Source: the human T2T-CHM13v2.0 reference genome, Homo sapiens. From it: a stretch of DNA of 64,000 nt. The stretch is taken from assembly GCF_009914755.1 (NCBI RefSeq), contig NC_060930.1; one strand, given 5' to 3'. Position numbers and translations under genes: made by a program. The notes under the pieces were generated by a model that saw only the letters and a list, made by a program, of their open reading frames with translations, made no database searches and was not told the origin of the DNA. Shown in pieces: positions 14,129 to 34,106 of the stretch (position 1 is its first letter; each line of letters opens with the position of its first letter).

Positions 14129-15230
14129 ACTAGAAGAAATTCTTAGTGAAACATAAACTTCCCATTAGTATTATTTCTCTCTCTGATACTCATTTACTAA
14201 CATAAATCCCACTGGCTATGAGCCAATTAGACAGCAGATGGTTCAGTTTAAATCAATTAAATTGAATGACTTGTACCATAATAACTGGGACTATCAAAGT
14301 GCACGTCCAAAAAACACTGTTCTTTTAACAATAATCCTTATGCTTTTGACAGTCCTTGGGGAAGCTCAGCTGAGGTTCACCTTCAACATTTATCAACATT
14401 ATTAATCTTATAATTTTTATTTATAAATGAAGCGGCTAGATGAGTAAAAATATTGTTATTCAGTATTAATCTTATCAAATGTTTATTATCAGTATTTTAT
14501 GATTTTTATTTAATTTTTATTTTTTGACCGGTTTTATAATTATGGGATACAAAGTGATGTTATCATGTATATACAGAGTATGGAGTGATTAAATCAAGCT
14601 AATTAACATATCCATCACTTTAAATACTTAACATTTATTCTTCCTGTCTCATTGCAGCTTCATACCCTTTGACTATTTCCCCAAACCCCCACTCTGATAA
14701 CCAGCATTCAGTTTTTGCTTCTATGAGTTTGATTGTTTTAGATTCTACATGTAATTGAGAACTTGTGATATTTGCTTTTCTGTGCCAAGCTTATTTAACT
14801 TAGTATACTGTCCTTCAGTATACTAAGTATACTTGTCCTATTTTGAAAGGACAAGATTTCCTTCTTTCTAAAGGCTGACTGGAATTACATTATGTAGATA
14901 TGCCACATTTTCTTTATCCGTTCATTTGTTAATGGATGCTTAGACTGATACCATAGCTTGGCTATTGTGAATAGTGCTACGATAAACATGCAAGTGCAAC
15001 TATCTCCTCAATATGTTGATTTCCATTCTTTTGGATATATACTCAGCAATGGGATTGCTGGATCATATGGTAGGTCTATGTTTTAGTCTTTTGAGGAACC
15101 TCCACCTTGTTTGCCTTAGTGACTGTGCTAATTTACATTCCCACCAACAGTGAACAGGGTTTCCTTTTCTCCATATCCTTGCCAACATTTGTTTTTATAT
15201 TTTGTCTTTTTGAAAACAGATGTTCTAACA

Positions 15231-15399
15231 TACACCTGGGCCTGTTGAGGGATTGGGGGTGAGGGGAGGAAACCTAGATGACGGGTCAATACGCACAGCA
15301 AACCACCATGGCACACATACACCTATGTGACAAACATGTACATTCTGCAGTGTATCCCGGAACTTAAAGCAAAATAACAAAAATTTAAAAAAAGAGAAA
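15231..15399 (+). mobile_element. Short 5'-truncated L1PA (about PA8-PA10) 3' end
   Basis: 'gacgggtcaatacgcacagcaaaccaccatggcacac' plus A tail. TSD gaaaacagatgttctaaca (15212-15230) / gaaaatagctgttctgaca (15400-15418). Confidence 0.88.
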
Positions 15400-15438
15400 G
15401 AAAATAGCTGTTCTGACAGGTGTAGGTGGTATCTATGG

Positions 15439-15549
15439 TTTTTTTTGTTGTTTTTTTTTTGAGATGGAGTCTTGCTCTGTCACCCAGGCTGGAGTGCAGT
15501 GGCGTGATCTCGGCTCACTGCAAGCTCTGTCTCCCGAGTTCAAGCAATT
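15439..15549 (-). mobile_element. Truncated Alu right-arm fragment
   Basis: T-tail plus 'gagatggagtcttgctctgtcacccaggctggagtgcag', ending at 'ttcaagcaatt'. Confidence 0.92.
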
Positions 15550-15666
15550 TGCATTTCCCTAATGATTAGTGATGATACATATTTTCATTTGACTGTTAGC
15601 TATTTGCATAGCTTCTTTTGAGACATGTCTATTCAGTATTCAGGTTCTTTGCCCAGGTCTTTTCAT

Positions 15667-15701
<35 letters not shown>

Positions 15702-15858
15702 TTTTGCTGTTGAGAATTTTGGGTTTCTTGTTTATTTAGGATATTTCCATTTTATTAGACATATTGATTACAAATATTTTCTCTCATTCTGTAGATTGTA
15801 GATTCACTGTGCTCTTATCTGTATGCAGAAGAATGGAATTGGACCCTTGCCACACACT

Positions 15859-16330
15859 TGTGAAAGGAAAATAAATCTTGGGGTCCCAAAATCACTAAGC
15901 TAAAGTGAAAAGTCAAGCTGAGAACTGCTTAGGGCAAACCTGCCTCCCATTCTATTCAAAGTCACCCCTCTGCTCTCTGAGATAAATGCACATCTGATTG
16001 GCTCCTTTGGAGAGGCTAATCAGAAACTCAAAAGAATGCAACCATTTGTCACTTTTCTACCTATGACCTGGAAGCCCCCTCCCTACTTCTAGTTGTCCCG
16101 CCTTTGCTTTGAGTTGTCCCACCTTTCCAGACCGAACCAATGTTCAGCTTTCATATGTTGATTGATGGCTTATGTCTCCCTAAAATGTATAAAATCAAAC
16201 TGTGCTCTGACCACCTTGGGCACATGTTGTCACTATCTCCTGAGGCTGTGTCACGGGTGCACATCCTCAACCTTGGCAAAATAAACTTTCTAAATCAACT
16301 GAGATCTGTTTCAGATATTCGGGGTTCGCA
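15859..16330 (+). mobile_element. ERV1-class solo LTR, MER4A1-like
   Basis: Starts tgtgaaaggaaaataaatcttgggg and ends ggggttcgca. TSD cact/cacc. The host L1 resumes in register. Confidence 0.85.
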
Positions 16331-17559
16331 CACCATATGCAAATATCAACTAAAAATGAATTAAAGACTCAAATCTAAGACCTGAAACTGTAAAACTACT
16401 GGAAGAAAACAAAGGGTGAAAATTCCACAGCATTGGTCTGGGCAATGATTTGTTGTGTAGGACCCCAAAGCATAGGCAACAAAAGTAAATGGACAAATGG
16501 GGCTGCATCAAGCTAAAAATCTTTGACATGGCAAAGGAAACTATCACTAGCATTTTCAAAGTGATGGGAAAAAACACATTTTTTTCTACAAGCAAACCTT
16601 ACTATTTGAATTAATTATAATTTAATTTTTTCCTATGTTTATTCTTGAAAATGTACCAAAAAACAATGACTTAGACATTCCTTAAATATCTAAGCAATAA
16701 AAAAAATGAATAACTCATGAAACAGCAGATTTTTATACGCTGTTTCCTCTATAAGATAGCAAACCCCTAAAGGTTAGGATGTATGCTTTAATTCCTTATC
16801 TTCCCTCCACACTACCCTAGCAAGATACTCTTTTACTATATATATCTAATACCATTATTATTTTTCAGTTGATTAACAATTAAATTAATCCACTTCAGTA
16901 GGTATACTAGGTTCAAATAAAAAATTCACGGACAACTAGTCACTAAGAAAGGCTTCTATTTAATTTTCTGTAAAGTGAATTTCTGTTAAGTGTAAATTTC
17001 TATAAAATAAAGACAATGCTACTAGCACTAATAACATTGTTGTAGGTATCACCTGAGTTATGTTTAAAACTTTTAGAAGAGTATCTGAAATAAAATAAGT
17101 ACTTAATAAATTATAGCTATGTTTTAATTATTCAATTATTAATAATAGAATAATTAAACAGTACATAAAATTGTTATCCATCTCATACAAAATGGCACAA
17201 TTCTCAGATACATTTCAATGTATGAAATGAACCTATTAGTCTAATTTTTTCAGCATAGTAAATTTCCAAAAAAATTTTGAATCTTTTTTCCTATCTCAGC
17301 AGTATAAACTAATTACAAAATTGAATGTATGTTTTTCAGAAGAAATATTGACCATCATATAAAACGTCATATTTAAGAGATTAGTAAAATGCCGAAGTCC
17401 TACTGTTAGAAGCAATCGATAATTCAGTATTAAAATAATTAATAAAATATGGATAAAACAATAAAGTTTGTATTGATGTAGAACATATTGAAAGTCAGAA
17501 ATAAAAGTCACTACCTAATGAGGAGAAAATCAGATTTAATCTTCTTTTAGCAATTATAC

Positions 17560-17990
17560 ATTATTTATGTTGAGGCTACAAAGATAAATGACAAGTGTTG
17601 TCTTCAGGGAGTTTCCAGGCTTGTATCAGGGATGGTTAACAGAAGCAGGTGGTTTCAGCATAATGTTAAGTAAGTGCTATGATAGCATAATCTCTCAGAG
17701 AAAACACCAAGCCTGTCCTAGAATTTGAAGAAATTTTGAAAGAGAGGATACCTGGGCTGATCTGAAAGGATGAAGAGGAGTTAGGTTAAACAAAGAAATG
17801 CAGTAAAAAGGATGGAGAGAGGAAAAGAAGCATGAATCAATATGTTGTTTCTACAGCAGAAATTGTGTGGCAAGGAACAGTAAAGGGTGAACCTGGCAAG
17901 GCAGACAGGATCCATGGCACCTGGTGTCTCATGCATGTGCAAAGGAGCTGACCTTTATTTTATAGCAGTAAGGAACCACTTCTATTTGTT
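17560..17990 (+). mobile_element. L2 fragment
   Basis: 'ctgatctgaaaggatgaagaggagttagg' and 'gacctttattttatagcagtaaggaacca' are typical L2 text. Confidence 0.6.
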
Positions 17991-18455
17991 TTTGAGATTT
18001 TTTTTCCCCAGGACTTTGTGAAAAATATCTTGGCCTGGAAAATTATAGAAGAGATATAAAGGATAAAAGACAGTCATTACTTCAAAATGCAACCTTTATA
18101 TCATAGAAATATAGTTCATAAAACTAGAGCAGATATTTGAGATCACTTAATTCTACTGCTTCAATTTACAACTAAGAAAATTGGTCCAAAGGCAATCAGT
18201 GCCTTATCAAAGGCACAGAGTTGTATTACAGTTAAGGTCTGAATATATACAAGCATGCTCACATGTGCCCTACATACACTTATGCACACATTCAACTAAA
18301 AAGCCATTATAAAGGGGTAGTGGTATGTTAAAATGTGTCTAAGAGAGACTAAAAATGTATTTATTTACTTTTATTTTTAATTTTAATTTAAATTTTTTTT
18401 TGTAAACTGGTAGGGAAAGGGTGCCTCGCCCCAGGTACTGCTGCAGAGATATGCC

Positions 18456-18951
18456 TTTATTTTTTAATTTTTTAAAAATAGAATTTCAACTTTAATTTTA
18501 GATTCATGGGGTACATATGCGGGTTTGCTACATGGGTATATTATGTGACACTGAGGTTTAGGGTATGATTGATCCTGTCACCCTGGTAGTGAGTGTAATA
18601 CTCAATAGTGTTTCAACCCTTGCCCCTATCTTACCCTCCAACCTCTAGTATTCCCCAGTGTCTACTTTTTCCATCTTTGTGTCCATGTGTACCCATTGTT
18701 TACTTCCCACTTATAAGTGAGAACATGTGGTATTTGATTTTCTGTTTCTGCATTAATTTGCTTAAGATAATGGCCTCCAGCTGCATCCATGCCACTGTAA
18801 AGAGCATGATTTCATCCTTTTTATGGCTGTGTAGTATTCCATGGTTTATATGTACCCACATTTTCTTTATCCATTCTACCATTGATGGGCACCTATGCTG
18901 ATTCCATGTCTTTCCTATTATAAATAGTGCTGCAATGTACATACAAATGCA
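18456..18951 (-). mobile_element. 5'-truncated L1PA15/16-like 3' end
   Basis: 'tttcaactttaattttagattcatggggtacatatgc'. ORF 18700-18993 encodes the ORF2 C-terminus (WMQLEAIILSKLMQKQKIKYHMFSLISG). Confidence 0.85.
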
Positions 18952-19502
18952 AATATTAATCAAGAACAAAGTATGTGTCAATGTTCTAATCAATATTTTC
19001 AGTTATAATCAACTATGCTTTTCAGAAAATTAAGTTGATAGAGAACAAACAAAATGCTAGGTAGGAGATCTTAAAAATTATCTTATAAAAACTGACAAGC
19101 TAGTAAGAAATTACCAGGCCAAACTTTAAGAGAAAGCTGAAATTCAGAGGTATAAGCAAAGCAATTTAAGTCAATTTTGCTTGAAGAATAAATTATGAAA
19201 GCGAGTTACATGTATGGAAAATAGAGACAGATATCTAAAGTTCTGCTTGAGTTTACTAGACTCTCTTTATTTCAGCATTGAACTTGGACTCTGAGTCATT
19301 ACTTCATGTTGAAAAAGAGTAAGAAAGGTAAATCCATATTCCTCCTCACACTTCCAGAGAATTTCAGGGAGAGTTTACTTGACTCTGAGCAGAATAAGGG
19401 CAGAAAGACAGACAGAGGATTTTCCCTTAAGAAAATTTATTCGTTAGTTGATGTTATTTGGATTTGTAGACCTGGGATTCACATCACCGGGATTTAGGAT
19501 TA

Positions 19503-20150
19503 CTTTTTTAAATTGACATATAGTAATTGTACATATTTATGGGGCACATAGTAATGTTTCAATACACACATTGTATAGTGATCAGATCATGGTGATTAGC
19601 ACCTTCATTGTCTTAAACATTTATCATTTATTTGTGATGAAAACATTCAGCATCTTATTTCTAACTATTTGAAACTTTAATATATTATTATTTACTGTTC
19701 CCACACTGGTGATGGGGCCTAAGTACCATTGAGAGAAACAAATATAAGTTGTCTATAAAAAGAAGGTACTTTAGCCTAGGTTTCAGGGACTCATCACATG
19801 GGTTTTATAGGCAATAACAAAGACATGCTAGTAGATAAACACACAAGGAAACAAGGTATTTTGAGTTAAAACCAGTAAAAAACAGCCTACAATAGAAATA
19901 GACCTGTGAAATCTTTAAATTTTGGAATGACTAGACTCACAAAATTACTTTCTTTACTCCATTTAAATAAATAAAGAACACAATAAATGTATCGGCAGGG
20001 TAAAAAAATCTATCCACTCGTGGAAGACAGTAGTCCTAAAAGAATGAAGTCGAGATTCTAGAAACGAATATATAATACATAAAAATGAAAACATAAATGG
20101 GTTTAGGATTGCATTAAACAGAAGTGAAAATAAAATAAATAGAATGAGAA
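19503..20150. mobile_element. L1MA 3' end (minus ~19503-19700) followed by an old L1 ORF1-region fragment (plus)
   Basis: 'ttgacatatagtaattgtacatatttatggggcaca' followed by A-rich ORF1-like text. Confidence 0.6.
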
Positions 20151-20747
20151 GACAGTTTGGATATTTCTATAACTGCCAAAATAAGGAGAGGTTTACTCTA
20201 TGTGTGGAATATTTTAGTTTATTTCACTCGTACAGAAATACGTGCTTTGTTTTTTTTTTTGTTTTTGTTTTTGTTTTTTTAACATTCCTTACTTTGCACA
20301 TGATGAAGAGGTACAGAATAACTAGAGGTCCAATTCTTGTGTGATTGGACCTCCCAGCAGGATTAACACTCCCAGCAGGAGCACTCCTAAATCCTTTTTT
20401 TTTTTTTTTTTTAGAGAGCAGTTATTGTATTTTATCTGGGGAATTGCTTCCCTTCTCTATACACAGGGGAGAAGAGGCAAAACTGGCCTGCTATTCTGGA
20501 TGCACTTTTTTGAAAAATTCTTTTTTTTTCATTTTATATTTCTTCCATATCTTGACTACAAACTGAGATTTTCTCTGAGACAACCTAGGGAAAAACTGCT
20601 CTGAATCTTGTCTTTTCTCTGTTTTGAGCTGTGATTCCCTCTACTCTGTTATCTCCAACAAAATGATTTCATCTGCATTCTAGCAATTCCGATGGAAGCC
20701 TGGTCACCCTGTGACATATTTTCTTACTTTTTAAGGACTACTATTAA

Positions 20748-20885
20748 TATGTATATATGTGTGTGTGTATATATATGTGTGTGTGTGTATATATATATAT
20801 GTGTGTGTGTATATATGTGTGTGTGTGTATATATACATATACATATATACACACACACACACACACATACATATATATATATATT
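20748..20885. repeat. Compound (TG)/(TA)/(CA) microsatellite with inverted symmetry
   Basis: Directly visible. Confidence 0.95.
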
Positions 20886-21009
20886 TGTATTTTAACCAAG
20901 TGTTAGAAAAGAAAGGAGAAAGTTGAGGATATTTAATCCACCACATTGATCCGGAGCGATCCTATTTTGAACCAGGCTTTGTTGAGAACTACTTTTTTCA
21001 TTCTGCACA

Positions 21010-21152
21010 TTAACACTATCTGGGGGAATTTATATATGTTTTTAAGAGGCTCAAACACAGATAAATTAAATCAAAACCTCTGGGATTGGGGACTGAGCAT
21101 CCACATTTTATAAAAGCTCCCTAGGTGATTTTAATATATAGCTAAGTTTGAC
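21010..21152. mobile_element. MER5A-like hAT-Charlie fragment (similar pieces at ~32040-32135, 38970-39070, 42315-42485, 55426-55500)
   Basis: Motifs 'aagctccctaggtgattttaat', 'cagtggttctcaact' and 'cattagaatcacctgggag'. Confidence 0.6.
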
Positions 21153-22304
21153 AGATTCTTCTGTACCTCTTCCTCTGATAAATTATAAAATTCTCAAGAG
21201 CAGGAACTTAACATTACTCATTTATCCAGCTGGTGTTTGTGTATAGACATGAAAAGGTATATTAAATTGAATTAATAGTGGTCAGAAAAGATCAGAGTGA
21301 GGAAACTGAGCATAATTGCTCATTTTTATTTTATTTTTTGTTTCTGAAATTTTTTTAAAAAATTGAAAAATTCCAGAAAATATATTCACCTTACTTTTCT
21401 GTATAAGTAAGCAAAATTAAAAACTTGTAGTACTTGGGATATGAACAAAGTAGTGCATTTTCATGGTTTGTTAATCGCACAAGTACATGCCTATGTACAC
21501 AGCCTACAGTCATACCCTTGTGCCTTTCTCTACTTGTCTTTATAGTCGAACTAATTTAATATTTTTATTTGAGATGTGAATTGTTCAGTTATCAGGGTAG
21601 CAGTTTCCATGATCATGTAGTTCCCAGGATTATGTTTGATGAATTCCCAAGGATTTTTTTCCTCTTTTATTTTCTTCATATGCTAATAAATCGGTTTAGT
21701 TCATGTGGGTCAGTGTGGCACTTCTAATGCATAAACTGACTAACTAGCACAGAATCTAAACCTGGGAACTGTGAATCAGCAAGCTATAAATATATAGGGA
21801 GCTCCTAGAAAGGTGCTGATAAACTACAGAATGGAGTTTTTTCTGTAAGTTGCTGCTAGATCTAGAGGGTGACTCAATACCTAGGTTTAGAGCTTTATCT
21901 ATTTTTTAATCTAAGAAAAGCAATCTGGGAAATGTAATGTTGAATAAAAATGCTAAATGCAAGATTATTCATGCGCTTTTATACTCCAATGTTGTGTGCC
22001 ACTCTGAGGAGCTTTTTGATCATTGAGATCAGAGAATTTTCCTCTAATTATACTACCTTTGATCCAGAATCCTATTCAACTGGCCTGCATTCACATCTTC
22101 TCTTTGATGGGTAAGCCCTACAGATAGAACAACTCCCTGAAGTCTGTTGCTCAAAGAGAGATAGACTATCTCCTTAATTAATTTTTTTTCAGTATGGCTG
22201 TGGTAACAATTTATTATTATATAGAGCATATCATCTTTTCATGGTGCTGTTCAACAGCAAAAGTATGAATCGAGAAATTATATTCTTACCACTGAGCCCT
22301 TTTA

Positions 22305-22845
22305 AATTTGTTTTATTGTAGTAAAATACAAACAACATAAAATTTACCATCTTATTTTTAAGTGTACAGTTCAATGTGCTAACTATATTCATATTATTGT
22401 GCAACTACAATATCTCCAGAACTTCTTTGTCTGCAAAACCAAAACCTACTATTTCCCTTTGTCCTATGCCCCTGGCAACCACTATTCTATTTTCTGTTTC
22501 TGTGAATTTTGCTACTCTCGATATCTCTTAAAATTGGAATCAAACGGTATTTGTCCTTTGTGACTGCCTTATTTTATTTAACATAATGTCCTCAAGGTTC
22601 ATTTGTGTTGTAGCATGTGAGAGAATTTCCATTTTTTTAAAGCTGAAGAACATTTCATAGAATGTATATATAACCTTTTTAAAAATAAATTTTATTTTGC
22701 ATATTTAAGATACACGATATTATAAAATACTTATATATTACAAAATGGCTATCACATTTAGTTTATCCATTCATCCATCAATAAACACTGGGGTTTCTTC
22801 TACCTTTTGGGTATTGTGAATAATGCTGCTATAAATATGAGTTTG
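22305..22845 (-). mobile_element. L1MB-like 3' end
   Basis: 'aacataaaatttaccatctt...aagtgtacagttca' and 'cccctggcaaccactattcta'. Confidence 0.75.
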
Positions 22846-23259
22846 AGCTCCCTTTTATCAATGTATTTTAGCCTTTCTAAATCACAGCTCTTCTCTTTTA
22901 CAGATAAGCAAATTGATTGAATTCTTTCACCTGGGGTGACTATAAAGATTCATGTGCTCCATTCAAAACTTGCCAAATCAGAAGGTTTTTGCACTTTATC
23001 CCAGCTTCAATGATGATTAACATATGTCAATCATCTTAGTTAGGTTCTGTTATTCATGTGGTGGGTACAGAAACAGAATCTGAGATTTTGATAGTCTAGA
23101 TCTTAAGTCCTGAATCCTAACTCTCAGATCTCAATACTCCATTTCTTATATAGAATAATTTAACTAAATAGAGCAAAAGCCAAAATGGCTGAAAAGTAAA
23201 AGCAATCAAATATGGAATAAAACATTAACTGAACAATATTGACAATGAACTATTGAAAA

Positions 23260-23584
23260 GATATTACAAAATTACATCAGGATAAATGGGATATCTATAA
23301 CCTCAAGCATTTATCCTTTGTGTTATAGACTATCCAGTTATACTCTTTTGGTTATCTTAAAATGTACAATTAAGTTATTTTTGACTATAGTTACCCTTTT
23401 GTGCTAGTGAATAATAGGTCTTTTTCATTCTTTCTAACTATTCTTTGAACTCATTAATCTTCCCCACCCTCCCACTACCCTTTCCAGCCTCAGGTAACCA
23501 TTCTTCTACTCTCTGTCTTTAGAAGTTCAGTTGTTTTAATTTTTAGCTCTCACAAATAAGTGAGAACATGCAAAGTTTGTCTTT
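23260..23584 (-). mobile_element. L1MA-like 3' UTR fragment
   Basis: 'cctcaagcatttatcctttgtgtta' and 'cacaaataagtgagaacatgcaaagtttgtcttt'. Confidence 0.75.
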
Positions 23585-23856
23585 GGGAGGCTGAAGGAAG
23601 AGAATCTCTTTAACCCAGGAATTCAAGACAAGCCTAGGCAAGATGGTGAGATCCTGTCTCTACAAAAATAATGTTCTAAATTATCAGGGCATGGTGGCAT
23701 ATGCCTGTAGTCCCAGCTCTTCTACTCTGGAAGCTGAAGAGGGAGGATCACTTGAGCCTGGGAAGTTGTGGCTACAGTGAGCTATGGTTGTGCTACTGCA
23801 CTGTAGCCTGACAACAGAGTAAGACCACAACCCTTAAAAAAAAAAAAAAAAAAAAA
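23581..23856 (+). mobile_element. AluJ lacking its first ~35 nt
   Basis: 'ggaggatcacttgagcctgggaag...tacagtgagctatg' (J-type) and A tail. Confidence 0.9.
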
Positions 23857-24748
23857 GAATTACTTCAAGCAAAAGAAAAGGATACTGGAAAATATTGTGG
23901 AGCATGAACGAAGGATTTGTGGATTACAAAAGGCAATGATTAAATGTTAGGAGAAGTGGCAAAGCTTTGCACAATTGATTTATGGCCAATTAAAGTGAAA
24001 ACACAAGCAACTTCCATAGTAAGATATAAACAAATAAACATTGTTGATAGTACTCAGAGTATGATACTTCCTTACCTACTAAAAAAGCATTTAAAACTTC
24101 ATACTGAATCAGCAAACAATAGAAGTTTTCCAAAATGCTGGAAACAGAATAAGGTGCCTATAGTAAATCATTATACAATATTTCTCTGAAGTTCCTACCA
24201 TTCAATTACAAAAAATATCAAATATAAGTACTTGGAAGAAACATGTCATGTAATTATTGCTGAGAGCAAAATTTTCTACTTCAAGGCCAAAAAAAAATAG
24301 TTGATTTGCCATTAATACCAAGTAAAGTTTTAAAATGCATCTAATATTTGATAAAAATGTTAATGGCTTTCTTAATCAGAAATAAAATGGTAGGGAATGC
24401 AACGAAAAATAATCCAATTAACCTAAGGGTAAATCTAACAATAACTATAGAAAACCTCTATAAAGTAATGTAGAGTATCTCAATGAAGAGAAGTAAAAGT
24501 ATTATTGAAGGGCACAAAAAATACATGACCTATACTAAAGACATCAATATATTTATTTTATATAAAATAATTTTTAATATTCAATACATGTATTTTTATT
24601 CCATTAAAATATTAGTAGAAATTAATCATTTAGCAAAGTGATAATAAGTACCACTAGGAAAAATAAATAAACAAGAATAAAGCAATACCATTTTAAAACT
24701 AATGAGTTTGTTAAGGAAATTATCCTAACAATACAAAACATATTAACA

Positions 24749-31745
<6,997 letters not shown>

Positions 31746-32202
31746 AAAACATATTAACATTTCACAGGAATCAAAAGAACATTTAACTGATACAGAATTG
31801 ACAAAAAGATAAATGGCAATGGTGTATACTTGTCTAAAATTCTTCAATATCCTTTGAATACAAACAGAATCATTAAAATAAAATTCAGTGAGGTTGAATC
31901 TATGGTGTTCAAAGACATGTAAATTTCAGATGATCCAGCTTCTGACTATAGATCTCTGGAAAAACTGGGTAAGTAAATGTGGACTCTGGCAAAGAATTTG
32001 CCATAGGGAGAAAGAAGTAGGCTTCAGACTTCTCTGAGACAGTGGTTCTCAACTTTGACAGGACAATAAAATCGCCTAGTGAAATTTTAAGAAAAAGCAA
32101 TACAGAGCTCTATCTCTGATCAACTGAATAAGAATCCCTCTCTCACAGCAGATAAATTACTAGATGGCAATAATTACAATATGATACCTTCTCTAGTTTA
32201 TT

Positions 32203-32504
32203 ATTATTTTTTTTTTGAGATGGAGTCTTGCTCTGTTACCCAGGCTGGAGTGCGATGACGCAATCTTGGCTCCTGTAACCTGCAACCTCCGCCTCACAGT
32301 TTCAACTGATTCTCCAGCCTCAGCCTCCTGAGTAGCTTGAGATTACAGGCACCCGCCAACATGCCTGGCTATTTTTTGTATTTTTGTAGAGACGGGGTTT
32401 CACTATGTTGGCCAGGCTGGTCTCCAGCTCCTGACCTCAGGTGATCTGCTTACCTCGGCCTCTCAAAGTGCTGGGATTACAGGCGTGAGCCACCACGCCA
32501 CGCC
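32203..32504 (-). mobile_element. AluS
   Basis: Full dimer with flanking repeat tctctagtttatt / cctctagtatatt. Confidence 0.95.
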
Positions 32505-32629
32505 TCCTCTAGTATATTTTGAGCAACTTGTAGTTAAGCCACCACAAAGTAGATAATGCAAGTGTTTATTGGTGAATAAATAATTGAGTAGATGAAGATA
32601 CTTATATAGACAGACATTCTGACAGGTCA

Positions 32630-32631
<2 letters not shown>

Positions 32632-32675
<44 letters not shown>
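32632..32675. repeat. (GT)n microsatellite
   Basis: Directly visible. Confidence 0.97.
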
Positions 32676-32676
<1 letters not shown>

Positions 32677-34106
32677 TGTTTGGCCCACCTAGAACATTTC
32701 CTCTGTCAAAATGTTTGGAATAATTACACAGTAAACCTGGTGCATTTGTTTCCAAAACATATACATTTAACTTCAGCAATTTTATCTCCCTGCCAGACTA
32801 TTCCTATCAAAATGGATAAAATACTTTAGATCTTAAATGGATAGGCTCAAAGTGTCATGTTGGTGATTTGAGAACTATAAATTTATATATAAATATAAAT
32901 TATTATTATTGTAATTGATAGATACAGTATTAGGTTGAATCTCTATTTGCTAATATTAGACAATTTTTGACCCACAAAAATGGAAGCTTTATGTGGATTA
33001 AATTTACCCAATTCTGAAAATAACATGGCAGTGAATATTTATCTCCCAGATCTTCAAAGTTTTCTTAACAACACAATTAAAATTAGAAGTTGATTATAAG
33101 ACAGACAGCACTGAAACAGATTTGTTGGTATAGGGCCATGTAATTTTACAGAAAGCAACAGCTAAAGTGCATTATCTAAAATAGTAATGATATGTATCGA
33201 AGGTGTCCTACAAATGACCAATCTAGGAGGGTATTATATTTAAAAACTAAGAAAAAAAAGAAGAAAAGAAGGAAGGAAAGAAAACAGTGGAAAAGAAAGA
33301 AATAAGAAATTGAAGGAAAGGAAGAAAAGTAAGAGAAGGAGAAATGGAATACAGGATAAATAAAACGGAGGGAATTTGGGGTCAATCAATTGAAACATTG
33401 TACATAAGATAATTTTCTGTGACAGTCAAACACTGCACAGGGGTATTTTAAAGATCTACAAAAATTTTCAGGAAAGAGCTGTTTAATTTGGCATTTCCCA
33501 AACTGTTTAATCTAACATTTGACCCAGTAATTAATTTTACATGTAATTATTTAATAACTATTCTAACAAAAATTATTATGTTTATAAAAAGGAATTTCTT
33601 GGTATAGTGCCAATATAGCATTCTATAAAATGCACATTGACTTATGTTTGTTTTGATTAATGCATAGGATTTTAAGTCACGATCTCCTTGGTAGACATTA
33701 GCTTTTGTGAACTCAAATCCCTCATACTTTCTTTATGATGGAAGAATATATTCATAAAGTTCATATTTCTCTTTCTTTAGGGCAGTCCAGCATCTGAACC
33801 CTGATAGGTCTTGGTGAGAGTCAGAGATGCCTTCTAGTATAAAAGCTAAATATGCCTGATGTTTGCTTTCCTGGCTTTCTTTACAGCCATGCTATTGATC
33901 TGCAAATCAGATGCACCTACTAGGCTTGGCTCATCAGTACATTCTCAATGAGATAGAATAAGGAAAGAAAATTCTGGCAGAGAGTAAAATTGAGTTATGA
34001 AGACAGTGGGAAGCAACAATGCTTGCAACAGCATCCTGTGCCCCATGCTAGTGTAGTCATTCCTCTCAGTGGGGGGACTTACCTACCATGTTCTCTACTT
34101 GGGCAA

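Larger units (their letters stand above)
14500..16547 (-). mobile_element. L1MA-type insertion with 5' inversion (minus ~14500-15813, plus ~15815-16547), hosting an L1PA tail, an Alu fragment and MER4A1
   Basis: The minus part begins at (rc) 'gcacagtgaatctacaatctacagaatg' and the plus part ends at 'gcaaaggaaactatca'. These positions are adjacent in L1 ORF2. Confidence 0.8.

Noticed and set aside
21330-22280. Possible exon or conserved element (donor-like GG|GTAAGC near 22110)
   Set aside because: No ORF, recognisable homology or paired splice evidence; it needs conservation or RNA data.
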